Assembly: GCF_028368995.1 (NCBI RefSeq)
Contig: NZ_JAQNDL010000005.1
Location: 224,001 to 288,000 of the forward strand
DNA length: 64,000 nt
From: Nannocystis bainbridge
GTDB lineage: Bacteria; Myxococcota_A; Polyangia; Nannocystales; Nannocystaceae
Direction: 5' to 3'
Under the pieces are notes generated by a model. The model was given only the letters and a program-made list of their open reading frames with translations, made no database searches and was not told where the DNA came from. A program made the position numbers and the translations under genes. Shown one piece after another: positions 7,608-16,789 of this stretch; position 1 is the first letter of the stretch; every line of letters begins with the position of its first letter.

Positions 7608-10600
7608 GTGAACGTACAACCTTACGGCCGACCCGGAGATCGCCGCGTCTACCCTCGGGTGGCGTGCACGCTCGTGTGCACCGTCGCCAACGTCGGCAAC
7701 GGTCGCGTCCTCAACGTCTCCGACGGTGGGGCCTTCGTCGCCCTGCCCGACCAGCACGCGCACTTGCCGAGCCCGTTGCACCTGTCGGTGCCGCTGCTCG
7801 GCAGCGACCAGGTCGTCGACGTCGTAGCACGTGTCGTCCGCGTGGCCGCACTGTCGCCCCATGGCCTCGGGATCGGCCTGCAGTTCCAGGACCTCAGCGA
7901 GGGCGCGGCCGAGCAGATCCACCGGTACGTCCTCGGTCGTCTGCTCGCGGAGATCGCGGAGATCATGGAGGAGCAGCCGCGTCACATCGACCCGCGCAAC
8001 GTGCAGGTCGTGAGCGGCGTCGCCTCGGTCGCCGGCACCTTGCGCGACATGATCGCCGAGGGTCCCGTGCCCGGCATGTTGTTTCAGCGCGACGTCGGCG
8101 AGCTCGTCGACCTGCAGCTGTTCCAGGTCAGCAGCGCCGCGATCCTCGTCCAGCTGCGCGACCCCGCGGCGCGCCTGCCGGCCGTCGGCGATCACGTCCA
8201 CCTCACCTTGACGCGCGGCACATTCAACGCCCACGCGCACTCGCAGGTGCTCGACCGCAGCGGCGCCCGCGTCACGCTCGAGGTGCCGGCCAACCTCACC
8301 CGCTTCGAGCTGCGGCGCTCGCAGCGGCGCTCGCCCGGCCCGCAGGAGATGTTCGTCTCGATCCCGCTGCCGTATCCCCCGGGCAGGAAGCTGCGGCGCG
8401 AGGTGCTCGACATCTCCGCCACCGGCCTCGCCTTTCGCATGCGGCCCGACGAGGCGCTGCTGCTGCCCGGCACCCCGCTGCGCGAGGTCGTCGTCAGCGG
8501 CGCCAACGGCGACGGCGAGACCCGCAAGACCGGCCAGGTCATGCACGTCACCCCGGTCGAGGGCGACGCCGGCGCCATCGAGTTCCTGCGCATCGGCCTC
8601 GACTTCGGCATCGCCGACGAGGCCTTCACCAAGGGCGTGCGCCCGCGCGGCGCCGCCGAGAAGAAGTCGCTCGGCTTCGTCGAGAAGATGGGCCTCTTGA
8701 TCGGCCGGCTCATCCCGCGCAAGGCTCCGCCGCCGAGCGGGCCCGGGGCCAGCGGCGTCGAGGTCGTGCGCTACCCCAACCGCCGGCGCGAGGACATCGT
8801 CGCCATCCTCAACACCACCCCGCGCGGTGACGGGCGCAAGCTGCTCGCGCCGGTGATCATCATCCCGCCCGCCCACTCGAAGCGCAAGGAGTCGACCTCG
8901 GGCCTCGCGCTCACCCTGCTCGAGAACTTCGCCCGCCGCCGCCAGGACGTGGTCGTGCTGCGCTTCGACGGCGTGCGCAACCTCGGCGAGAGCTACAAGG
9001 ATCCCGACTGTCGCGAGCACGGGCGCGAGGCCATGCGCATGTCGCTGTCGCAGGCCGTCGACGACATCCAGGCCACCCTCGACTACGTCTACGACAACCC
9101 GATCTTCTCGCCGACCCAGGTCGTGCTGGTCTCGTTCAGCCTGCAGGGCGTCGTCGGTCGCCGCGCCGTGTGGAACGACCGGGGCAAGCGCATCCACTAC
9201 TGGCTCGGCATCAACGGCGCGCCTGCGGCTCAGGAGGTCATCCGCAACGCCTCCGGCGGCGTCGACTACGTGTCGCAGCACGCCAGCGGCAAGCTCAGCG
9301 GCGTCGCCAACATCCTCGGCGTCACCGGCGACATCGACCACTTCTGCGCCGACCTGTTGCGCGAGGGCCTCGCCTTCATGGCCGACGCCAAGCGCGAGAT
9401 CGCCGAGATCCCGGTCCCCGTGACCTGGTTGCTCGGGCGCTACGACGCGTGGATCGATCCTTCCACGATCCGGGAGTTCATGGCCGTCGACGCCCCCGGC
9501 GCGCGCGAGCTGGTCGAGCTCGACTGCGGTCACATGCCGCTGTCGAGCGTCGAGGCGCTGACCCTGTTCCACACCGCCGTGAAGCAGATCTGGCGGTTCC
9601 TGTTCCGCGAGGAGATCGACCCGATCACCCCCGACCCGCGCGAGCTGGTGCGCGCCCGCAACGCCGAGTGGCGGCGCGTGCCGAAGAGCCCGCTGCCCGA
9701 CCGGCGCCGCTACTGGCACGAGTACCTGCTCGGCGACAGCAGCTCCAAGCTCGCCTACGACGTCCTCAACGCCTGCGACGAGTACAACGAGTTCATCGAG
9801 CGCGAGCTCGAGCTGCTCGACGTGCGCGCCGACCACGTCGTCTGCGACCTCGGCTGCGGCACCGGCAACCTCTCCGCCCGGCTGCTGCGGCGTCGCGGGG
9901 CGCGCGGCCGGCCGCCGTGCGCGCGCTTGAACCTCGTCGATTTCGTGCCCGGCGCGCTCGACGAGGCCGAGCGCAAGCTCCGCGCCCTGGCCGAAGAGCG
10001 CGGGCTCGCGCTGCCCGAGGTCGCGCGGCACTGCGTCAACATCGACATCAGCCCGGTGCGGACGCTCCGGCGCTTCCTCGCCGGCGAGCTCTACGGCTAC
10101 GACGCGCTCCGGGGCATCATCAAGGGCCTCACGGGCTACTCGATCGACATGTGGAAGGCAGCGGAGGACTGGCGGCTGCACGACGTCTTGCGCGGGCGGG
10201 AGCTCGACAAGCAGGACCTCGCGTACCTCGCCGCCGCCTTGCCGGCCGACGAGCAGGACGTCGTCCTCGACTTCAACCGCATGACCCGCTGGCTGCGCGG
10301 CCGGCTCGGCCCGCAGGACCTGCTGCGCGACGCCCGGGCCCGGTTCGAGCGCGGCCAGGCCCCGGCGATCGACGAGCTGCAGCTCGCCCGCCTGTCCATT
10401 CGGCCAGGTGACCAGGTCGAGCGCCTGCCGTTCGCCGACGCCACCTTCGACCGCGTCGCCTGCAGCCTGGTGCTCAGCTACCTCAGCAATCCGATCGAGG
10501 TGCTGCGCGAGCTCCACCGCGTCGTCAAGCCGGGCGGGCGGATCGTCGTGTCGACGATGCAGCCCGACTTCGACATGAGCCGGATCTATCAAAACCTGCT

Positions 10601-10850
10601 GCACCGGCTGCAGAGCGACCCGAGCATGCCGCTGCCGCCGGGCGTCGACCGCGGGACCTTCCTGCGCGACGTGCGGGCCTTCCTCAGCAGCGCCGCCTTC
10701 CTCTCGATCCTCGCCGAGGAGGGCCAGTTCGCCTTCTTCTCGCGCGAGGAGCTGACCATGATGGTCGAGCGCGCCGGCTTCCGCCGCGTCGAGACCGTCA
10801 CCGCCTTCGGCGACCCGCCGCAGGCGATCATCGCCGTGGGCCATCGATGA
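7608..10850 (+). CDS. PilZ-PilZ / LuxD-like alpha/beta-hydrolase / class I SAM methyltransferase fusion
   Basis: PilZ motifs RRVYPR..NVSDGG and RRSQRR..DISATG; hydrolase LRFDGVRNLGES, SFSLQG, GRYDAW, CGHMP; methyltransferase DLGCGTG ... LPFADATFDRV, RVVKPGG. Confidence 0.85.
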   Translation: MNVQPYGRPGDRRVYPRVACTLVCTVANVGNGRVLNVSDGGAFVALPDQHAHLPSPLHLSVPLLGSDQVVDVVARVVRVAALSPHGLGIGLQFQDLSEGAAEQIHRYVLGRLLAEIAEIMEEQPRHIDPRNVQVVSGVASVAGTLRDMIAEGPVPGMLFQRDVGELVDLQLFQVSSAAILVQLRDPAARLPAVGDHVHLTLTRGTFNAHAHSQVLDRSGARVTLEVPANLTRFELRRSQRRSPGPQEMFVSIPLPYPPGRKLRREVLDISATGLAFRMRPDEALLLPGTPLREVVVSGANGDGETRKTGQVMHVTPVEGDAGAIEFLRIGLDFGIADEAFTKGVRPRGAAEKKSLGFVEKMGLLIGRLIPRKAPPPSGPGASGVEVVRYPNRRREDIVAILNTTPRGDGRKLLAPVIIIPPAHSKRKESTSGLALTLLENFARRRQDVVVLRFDGVRNLGESYKDPDCREHGREAMRMSLSQAVDDIQATLDYVYDNPIFSPTQVVLVSFSLQGVVGRRAVWNDRGKRIHYWLGINGAPAAQEVIRNASGGVDYVSQHASGKLSGVANILGVTGDIDHFCADLLREGLAFMADAKREIAEIPVPVTWLLGRYDAWIDPSTIREFMAVDAPGARELVELDCGHMPLSSVEALTLFHTAVKQIWRFLFREEIDPITPDPRELVRARNAEWRRVPKSPLPDRRRYWHEYLLGDSSSKLAYDVLNACDEYNEFIERELELLDVRADHVVCDLGCGTGNLSARLLRRRGARGRPPCARLNLVDFVPGALDEAERKLRALAEERGLALPEVARHCVNIDISPVRTLRRFLAGELYGYDALRGIIKGLTGYSIDMWKAAEDWRLHDVLRGRELDKQDLAYLAAALPADEQDVVLDFNRMTRWLRGRLGPQDLLRDARARFERGQAPAIDELQLARLSIRPGDQVERLPFADATFDRVACSLVLSYLSNPIEVLRELHRVVKPGGRIVVSTMQPDFDMSRIYQNLLHRLQSDPSMPLPPGVDRGTFLRDVRAFLSSAAFLSILAEEGQFAFFSREELTMMVERAGFRRVETVTAFGDPPQAIIAVGHR

Positions 10851-13579
10851 ACTCGAGCGACCTCTCCACCGCCAGCGAGAGCGCCGCGTCGCGCGACGAC
10901 GGCTTCGCCGCGCGCTTGCGGGAGGACATCGCGGCCGGCTACCGCCGCGTCACCTACCTCGGCATCGCCTTGATGCTGGGCTTCGGCGTGCTCGACATCA
11001 TCAGCCTCGACGACCCGCGCCTGGTCGCCAAGTTCTTCGCCATGCGCTTGGCGCTCGCGCTGGTGATGATCGGCCTGCTCAACTTCAGCCAGCGGCCGCG
11101 GTTCCAGCGGTGGGTCGAGAGCGTGTGCGCCCTGGCGATGTACCTCATCGGCTCCTTCATGGGCCTGATGAGCGCGCTCAACCTCGGCCACCAGAGCCAC
11201 TACTACGCCGGCATCACCCTCACGCTGGTCGCCGTCGGCGTATTCGTCCCGATCGGCCCGCTGCACGTCCTCGTCACCTCCAGCGCCGTCTACGTAACCT
11301 TCGTCGGCCTGCTGATCGCGCTCGACCCGGTGCCGCTCGCGCGGTGGGACTGGTCGGTGTTCGCCGCCAACAGCATCTTCCTGATCTCGACCGCCACCAC
11401 CGTCACCGTCGGCGCCTACTTCAACCGCCGCCTGCGCCGGCGCCTGTTCGAGGCCGCGTTCGCCCAGCAGCAGACCAACGAGGAGCTGCGCAGCGTCTAC
11501 GAGCGCATCACCCACAGCTACCAGGAAGTCTCGGAGAAGAACCGCGAGATCGAGGAGGCCTACCGGGCCAAGAGTCAGTTCCTCGACAACATGTCGCACG
11601 AGCTGCGGACCCCGCTGACCTGCATCCTCACCCCGCTCGAGGGCCTGCTCGCCGGCAACGCCCGCGGCGAGGTCCGGCAGGTGTTCGAGGACATGCACAC
11701 GGCCACCCGGCAGCTCTACGACCTCATCAACGACCTGCTCGACTACTCCAAGTACGGCGCGCGCGACCAGCCGCTCGCGCGCGACCCGGTCGACGTGCGC
11801 GCGATCGTCGACGAGCAGGTCAAGGCGTTCGGCAGCACCGCGCGCCAGCGCAAGCTCGGCCTGCAGTGGGACCCGCCGCCCGAGCCGGTGGTCGTGCTGG
11901 GCAGCGCGCGCGAGCTCGGCAAGGTCGCGCGCAACCTGATCAGCAACGCCATCAAGTTCACCTCCGCGGGCGGCCGCGTCACCGTCGCCGTCGCCGTCGT
12001 CGGCGAGCGCGTGCGCCTGTCGGTCCGCGACACCGGCATCGGCATGAGCGAGGCCGTCCAGGCCAAGCTGTTCACCCCGTTCTTCCAGGGCGACGCCACC
12101 TCGACGCGCGCCTTCGAGGGCACCGGCATCGGCCTCGCGCTGGTCAAGACGATCGTCAATCGCCACGACGGCGAGGTCGTGGTCGACAGCAGCCCCGGGC
12201 GCGGCACCACCATGACCGTCGAGCTGCCGAGCCAGCCGCTCGACCCGACCGAGCTGGTCGGCATGGCCCCGGCGCAGCCGGCCCCCGGCGAGTCGATGCT
12301 CGCCATCCCTGTCCCCGAGGACATCCTCGGCACGCCGGCGATGAGCATGACCCGCATCGAGCGCCTGCCGGGGTTCGATCGCGTCGAGCTGCTCGACCCG
12401 GCCGCGCCGACCCCCGATTTGTCGTTCCCGGGCGCCGCCCCGCTGCTCGGCGAGCACCTCATGGCCGCCCAGGGCGAGCGCAGCCGGATCCTCGTCATCG
12501 ACGACCACCCCGAGATCGTCCGCGTCATCGAGCGCCTGCTCGCCCCGCAACACGACGTCTACACCGCCAGCAACGGCGAGGAGGGCCTGGAGAAGGTCCG
12601 CGAGGTCCGGCCCGCGCTCGTCATCTCCGACGTCATGATGCCCAAGCTCTCGGGCTTCCAGCTGGTCGAGCAGCTGCGCAAGGACCCCGAGTTCGAGCGC
12701 CTGCCCGTGTTGCTGCTGACCGCCCGCGCCGACGGCCGCGACCGCGTGCGCGGCCTCCGGCGCGGCGCCAGCGACTACCTCGTCAAGCCGTTCTTGCCCG
12801 AGGAGCTCAAGGCGCGGGTCGGCAACCTGCTGCGGGCCCAGCACTACGAGTCGTACCTGACCCGCCTCAACGAGGAGCTGGCGACCAAGAGCAGCTCGCT
12901 CGAGGGCCGCGTCCACGGCTTCTTCATCGACACCGTGCGCACTCTGGTCGCCGCCATCGACGCCAAGGACTTCTACACCGGCGGTCACTCCGAGCGCGTC
13001 AGCCACTTCGCCGTCCGCATCGCCGAGCACATGAAGGTCGCGCGGCCGCTGCTCCGCACCATCGAGCTCGGGGCCCTGCTGCACGACGTCGGCAAGATCG
13101 GCATCCCCGACAAGGTCCTCAACAAGCCCGGCGCCCTGACCCTCGAGGAGATCGAGGTCATTCGTCAGCACACCGTGCTCGGCGGCAAGATCCTCGAGAA
13201 GTCGCCCGAGCTGGCCGAGCTGCGGCGGTTCGCGCTCCACCACCACGAGCGCTGGGACGGCACCGGCTACCCTGACCGCCTGCGCGGCGACGACATCCCG
13301 CCGAGCGTGCGCGTCGTCAGCGTCGCCGACTGCTGGGACGCGATGGTGTCCGACCGCATCTACCGCAGCGGCATGGAGCCGCGGATCGCCGCCGAAAAGG
13401 TCAGCAAACTCGGCGGCACGCAGTTCGACCCGATGGTCGTCGAGGCCATGATGGAGATCTGGCCCGAGCTCGAGCTGCCGCCCAACCTGCGCCCGCTCAA
13501 GCCGCGCACCAGCCCGGCGGAGAATCGGCAGGGCCCGCGCGTCAGCGAGTGCGGCGAGGTCTACGAGGTCCACAACTGA
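10847..13579 (+). CDS. membrane hybrid histidine kinase with receiver and HD-GYP phosphodiesterase domains
   Basis: About 5 TM helices; H-box NMSHELRTPL, N-box NLISNAIKF, DTGIG, GTGIGL; REC VIDD..SDVMMP..KPF; HD-GYP HSERV, LHDVGK, HHERWDGTGYP; 4-bp overlap with upstream gene. Confidence 0.95.
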   Translation: MNSSDLSTASESAASRDDGFAARLREDIAAGYRRVTYLGIALMLGFGVLDIISLDDPRLVAKFFAMRLALALVMIGLLNFSQRPRFQRWVESVCALAMYLIGSFMGLMSALNLGHQSHYYAGITLTLVAVGVFVPIGPLHVLVTSSAVYVTFVGLLIALDPVPLARWDWSVFAANSIFLISTATTVTVGAYFNRRLRRRLFEAAFAQQQTNEELRSVYERITHSYQEVSEKNREIEEAYRAKSQFLDNMSHELRTPLTCILTPLEGLLAGNARGEVRQVFEDMHTATRQLYDLINDLLDYSKYGARDQPLARDPVDVRAIVDEQVKAFGSTARQRKLGLQWDPPPEPVVVLGSARELGKVARNLISNAIKFTSAGGRVTVAVAVVGERVRLSVRDTGIGMSEAVQAKLFTPFFQGDATSTRAFEGTGIGLALVKTIVNRHDGEVVVDSSPGRGTTMTVELPSQPLDPTELVGMAPAQPAPGESMLAIPVPEDILGTPAMSMTRIERLPGFDRVELLDPAAPTPDLSFPGAAPLLGEHLMAAQGERSRILVIDDHPEIVRVIERLLAPQHDVYTASNGEEGLEKVREVRPALVISDVMMPKLSGFQLVEQLRKDPEFERLPVLLLTARADGRDRVRGLRRGASDYLVKPFLPEELKARVGNLLRAQHYESYLTRLNEELATKSSSLEGRVHGFFIDTVRTLVAAIDAKDFYTGGHSERVSHFAVRIAEHMKVARPLLRTIELGALLHDVGKIGIPDKVLNKPGALTLEEIEVIRQHTVLGGKILEKSPELAELRRFALHHHERWDGTGYPDRLRGDDIPPSVRVVSVADCWDAMVSDRIYRSGMEPRIAAEKVSKLGGTQFDPMVVEAMMEIWPELELPPNLRPLKPRTSPAENRQGPRVSECGEVYEVHN

Positions 13580-13692
13580 AGCGTCGTCGCCGCCGGGGAT
13601 CGGGGACCGCATGCGTACGCGGCTGCGCAGGCTGCTGCGCGCGACCGGCCTCGTCGTGACAAACGGCTGCGGCCGGTTACAATCCCGGCCCT

Positions 13693-14349
13693 GTGACGAC
13701 CTCGATCGATCGGATGCGAGCCGCGTGGCGCTTCTTCCTCAACGGCTGGCGTGACTGGGACCAGACCGCCTCCTTCGTGCCCAGCTCGCGGTTCCTGGTC
13801 GACGCGCTCGTCGAGGGCGCCGAGCTCGGCCGGGCTCGCAGCGTGGTCGAGCTCGGCACCGGCACCGGCACCGTCACCGAGAAATTGCTCGAGGCCATGC
13901 GCCCGGACGCCCGGCTCTTTGGCTTCGAGATCGACGGTCCGCTGCTCGAGGCCACTGCCCGGCGCTTGCCCGATCCGCGGCTCGTCGCCATCCACGGCAG
14001 CGCCGCCGACATCGGCACGCACCTCGCCGCCGCGGGTCAAGACGGCCCGGTCGACGCCATCATCTCGTGCCTCGGCATGAGCCTGCTGCCGCCCGAGCTG
14101 CGCGACGCGATCCTCGACAGCGCCGCGCGGGTGCTCGCGCCCGGCGGCGTGTTCGTGCAGTACGGCTACCTGCACGCGCACGTGCTCGTCTACAGCACCA
14201 CGCGCGGCTTCTCGCAGTTCCACCTCGGCCGCACCCTCGGCCGCTACTTCGAGGAGCAGCGGCGCCAGATCGTCGTGCCCAACCTGCCGCCGGCCGAGGT
14301 GTTGGTGTGCCGCGGCTCGCTGCGGCGCGACATCTCCGCTGCCGCCTGA
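13693..14349 (+). CDS. SAM-dependent methyltransferase, phospholipid N-methyltransferase (PmtA)-like
   Basis: PSSRFL, VVELGTGTG, VDAIISCL, LAPGGVFVQYGY, NLPPA motifs. Confidence 0.8.
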   Translation: MTTSIDRMRAAWRFFLNGWRDWDQTASFVPSSRFLVDALVEGAELGRARSVVELGTGTGTVTEKLLEAMRPDARLFGFEIDGPLLEATARRLPDPRLVAIHGSAADIGTHLAAAGQDGPVDAIISCLGMSLLPPELRDAILDSAARVLAPGGVFVQYGYLHAHVLVYSTTRGFSQFHLGRTLGRYFEEQRRQIVVPNLPPAEVLVCRGSLRRDISAAA

Positions 14350-14538
14350 GGCACGGGCTCGCCCGCCCCGCGCGTCGCAGTTCTGTCGCCGTTTGTTTTA
14401 GTTCTGTCGCGGCCGGCAGGGGCTCCGCAGGGGCGAGTGCGCGAACCGTTGCGCACCTGCACAGAGCTTCAGGATCCGGCCCTGCACAGCGTCCACGAAC
14501 GTTGCACGGGGGTCGGCTTCGGTGTATCGCTGCGGCGC

Positions 14539-15351
14539 GTGCAGAGCCTCGATCATTACTACCAGTCGACGTACGACCGCGTCGCCGAGTTTTACGACGA
14601 CCTCTGGAGCCCCAACGTCAAGACGCCCAACGACCGGCTCACGCGCGACCTGCACCTCCGTCGCGGCGAGCGCCTGGTCGACCTCGCGTGTGGCAGCGGC
14701 GCCGCCACCCTGCCGATGATGCACCTCATCGCGCCCGGCGAGACCGTCGCCGTCGACCCCTCGGAGAACATGCTGGCCCTGGCCGTCCAGCGCGCCGAGC
14801 AAGAGGGCCTGCACCTCTTGCCCGTCAACTCCAAGGCCGAGGACTTCATCGCCGACGCCCCCGCGCACTCGTTCGACGTCGTGTCGATGCGGTTCGCGCT
14901 CGCCTACCTCGACTGGCCGCGCGTGCTGCCGGCGATGGGTCGCCTGGTCCGCCCCGGCGGCCGCGTCGGCATCCTGACCAGCCTCGCCACCAGCGCCCCG
15001 CAGGCGATGGCGACCTACCAGAAGTTCGCCGAGCACCTCGAGCTCGACACCGTCGCCGAGCCGCCGACGCCCCGCGAGATCGACCCCGTGCTCGAGCTGC
15101 TCGGCCGCGGCGGCCTCGTCATCGACACCTGCTGGCAGCACAACTTCCGCCTGTGGTTCAAGACCGGCGTCGACGCCACCCGCTGGCTGCTCGACACCGG
15201 CTACATCACCCACCCGGCCCTGTCGGCGCTCGAGGGCGAGATCCGCGACGCCATGATCGAGCTGTTCGGCTCGCACCTCGAAGAGGGCTTCCGCGAGGAG
15301 GAGGGCGTGCCGCTCGACTTCTTCTTCGCCGGCGTGATCGCCCGCCGCTGA
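14539..15351 (+). CDS. class I SAM-dependent methyltransferase
   Basis: VDLACGSG, AVDPSENML, SFDVV, VRPGGRV; GTG start inferred. Confidence 0.85.
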   Translation: MQSLDHYYQSTYDRVAEFYDDLWSPNVKTPNDRLTRDLHLRRGERLVDLACGSGAATLPMMHLIAPGETVAVDPSENMLALAVQRAEQEGLHLLPVNSKAEDFIADAPAHSFDVVSMRFALAYLDWPRVLPAMGRLVRPGGRVGILTSLATSAPQAMATYQKFAEHLELDTVAEPPTPREIDPVLELLGRGGLVIDTCWQHNFRLWFKTGVDATRWLLDTGYITHPALSALEGEIRDAMIELFGSHLEEGFREEEGVPLDFFFAGVIARR

Positions 15352-15532
15352 CCTGTCCTCGCGGGCAGGTTCACGACCTGTCCCTTCGGCCAGGCTAACC
15401 GCGACGCCCGCCCCGCCCCGCTCCGCCCCGCCCGAGCCCGCCAGCCTCTCCACCGAGGCGCGCGGGCTCGCTCGCGCGATCGCTCCGCCGCCCGCTTCGC
15501 CTCGCCCGGCGCCTCGCGGTACCATCGCGCCC

Positions 15533-16300
15533 ATGGCCCTCTCCGCGCGCGCCCAGCAGGTCCTCGGCACCCTCGCCGTCGTCTTCGTCGGCGCGTTCCT
15601 GCTGCTCGCCGGCCTCGACCACACCGAGCTCCGCTGCGACCGCGCGCGCGGCAGCTGCACGTACACGGCCGGGCTCCTCGGCTTCGAGCGCACCAAGGAG
15701 ATCCCGCTCGCCGCGATCGCCGACCACCGGTTCGACACCCGCGAGGGCCGGGCCGGCACGCGCGGCGTCACCGTGCTGATCGACGCCAGCGGCCGCGAGC
15801 AAGGGCTCGGCCTCACCGACGAGGCCTCCGCCCGCGCCGACTACGACGCCCTGCACGCCTTCTTCCAGGGCCAGCGGGACGCCGTCGCCGTCGCCGTCGG
15901 CCCCGGCTGGTGGCTGGTCGGCTTCGGCGTGCTCTGCCTCGTCTTCGGCCCCTTCGTCGTGCGCGCCAGCGGGCCCACGCGCGCCCGCGCGCCCGTCGGC
16001 GAGCAGCCCCGACGCGGCGCCGGCCCGTGGCGCCTCGTGCTCGCCGTCGGGGTCCTCGCGCTGCTCGGGCTGGCGGCCTCGACCTTCATGGCCCGGACCC
16101 AGGGCACCCTCGCCCTGACCTGCACCCAGCGCTGCGACATCGGCGGCGGCAGCTGCATGCCCGGCGCGCAGTTGCAGCTCAACCTCGCGCCCGGCGAGTA
16201 CGAGGTGCGCGTCTTCAACCCCGACGATCCCGCGCAGCCGATCGTCCACCGCGTCGCCGTCGCGCGCGGCGAGGTCACCCACTTCGAGTGCGCGCGCTGA
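15533..16300 (+). CDS. hypothetical membrane protein (3 TM)
   Basis: Three hydrophobic segments, Cys pairs, C-terminal PGEYEV beta domain. Confidence 0.7.
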   Translation: MALSARAQQVLGTLAVVFVGAFLLLAGLDHTELRCDRARGSCTYTAGLLGFERTKEIPLAAIADHRFDTREGRAGTRGVTVLIDASGREQGLGLTDEASARADYDALHAFFQGQRDAVAVAVGPGWWLVGFGVLCLVFGPFVVRASGPTRARAPVGEQPRRGAGPWRLVLAVGVLALLGLAASTFMARTQGTLALTCTQRCDIGGGSCMPGAQLQLNLAPGEYEVRVFNPDDPAQPIVHRVAVARGEVTHFECAR

Positions 16301-16373
16301 CGAGCGCCCGCGCGCGCCTGCGGCCCTCGCTGCGCCGCCGCCCCCGCGGCCGTTTCTGTGGAAGCATCACCGC

Positions 16374-16778
16374 ATGCCCGAGGACCGCGACGCGCCGACC
16401 ACCGCCCTCGAACTCGTCGGACAGCACCGCGTCGAGCTGCGCCGCGACCCCGCGCTCGACACCCTCGAGCTCATCGGTCGCGACGGCAAGGTCGTCCTCG
16501 CCATCGAGGTCCGCGAGACCGGCCCGGTGCTGCGCTTCGAGGGCGCCGGCCTCACCCTCAAGACCGCGGGCGAGCTGGTGCTCGACGCCAAGAAGCTGAC
16601 CCTTCGCTCCGAAGAGGCGCTGTCGCTGACGACCGGCGGTGACCTCGATCTCGTCGCCGCCGGCGACCTCCGCAGCACCGCCCGCGTGCAGACGATCACC
16701 GCCGAGCTCGGCGACGTCCGGCTCGAGGCCAACGACGACGTCCGGATCGACGGCGAGCGCGTGCTCGTCAACTGCTGA
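16374..16778 (+). CDS. small beta-helix-like protein (VgrG/gp5 C-terminal-like), spike-cluster associated
   Basis: Repetitive alternating hydrophobic strands ending ANDDVRIDGERVLVNC; directly upstream of a DUF2169 gene. Confidence 0.6.
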   Translation: MPEDRDAPTTALELVGQHRVELRRDPALDTLELIGRDGKVVLAIEVRETGPVLRFEGAGLTLKTAGELVLDAKKLTLRSEEALSLTTGGDLDLVAAGDLRSTARVQTITAELGDVRLEANDDVRIDGERVLVNC

Positions 16779-16789
16779 AGGCGCGCGCC

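Noticed and set aside
6600-13612. Very long minus-strand ORFs 6600..10844 and 10589..13612
   Set aside because: Antisense shadows of high-GC3 plus-strand genes that carry clear domain motifs
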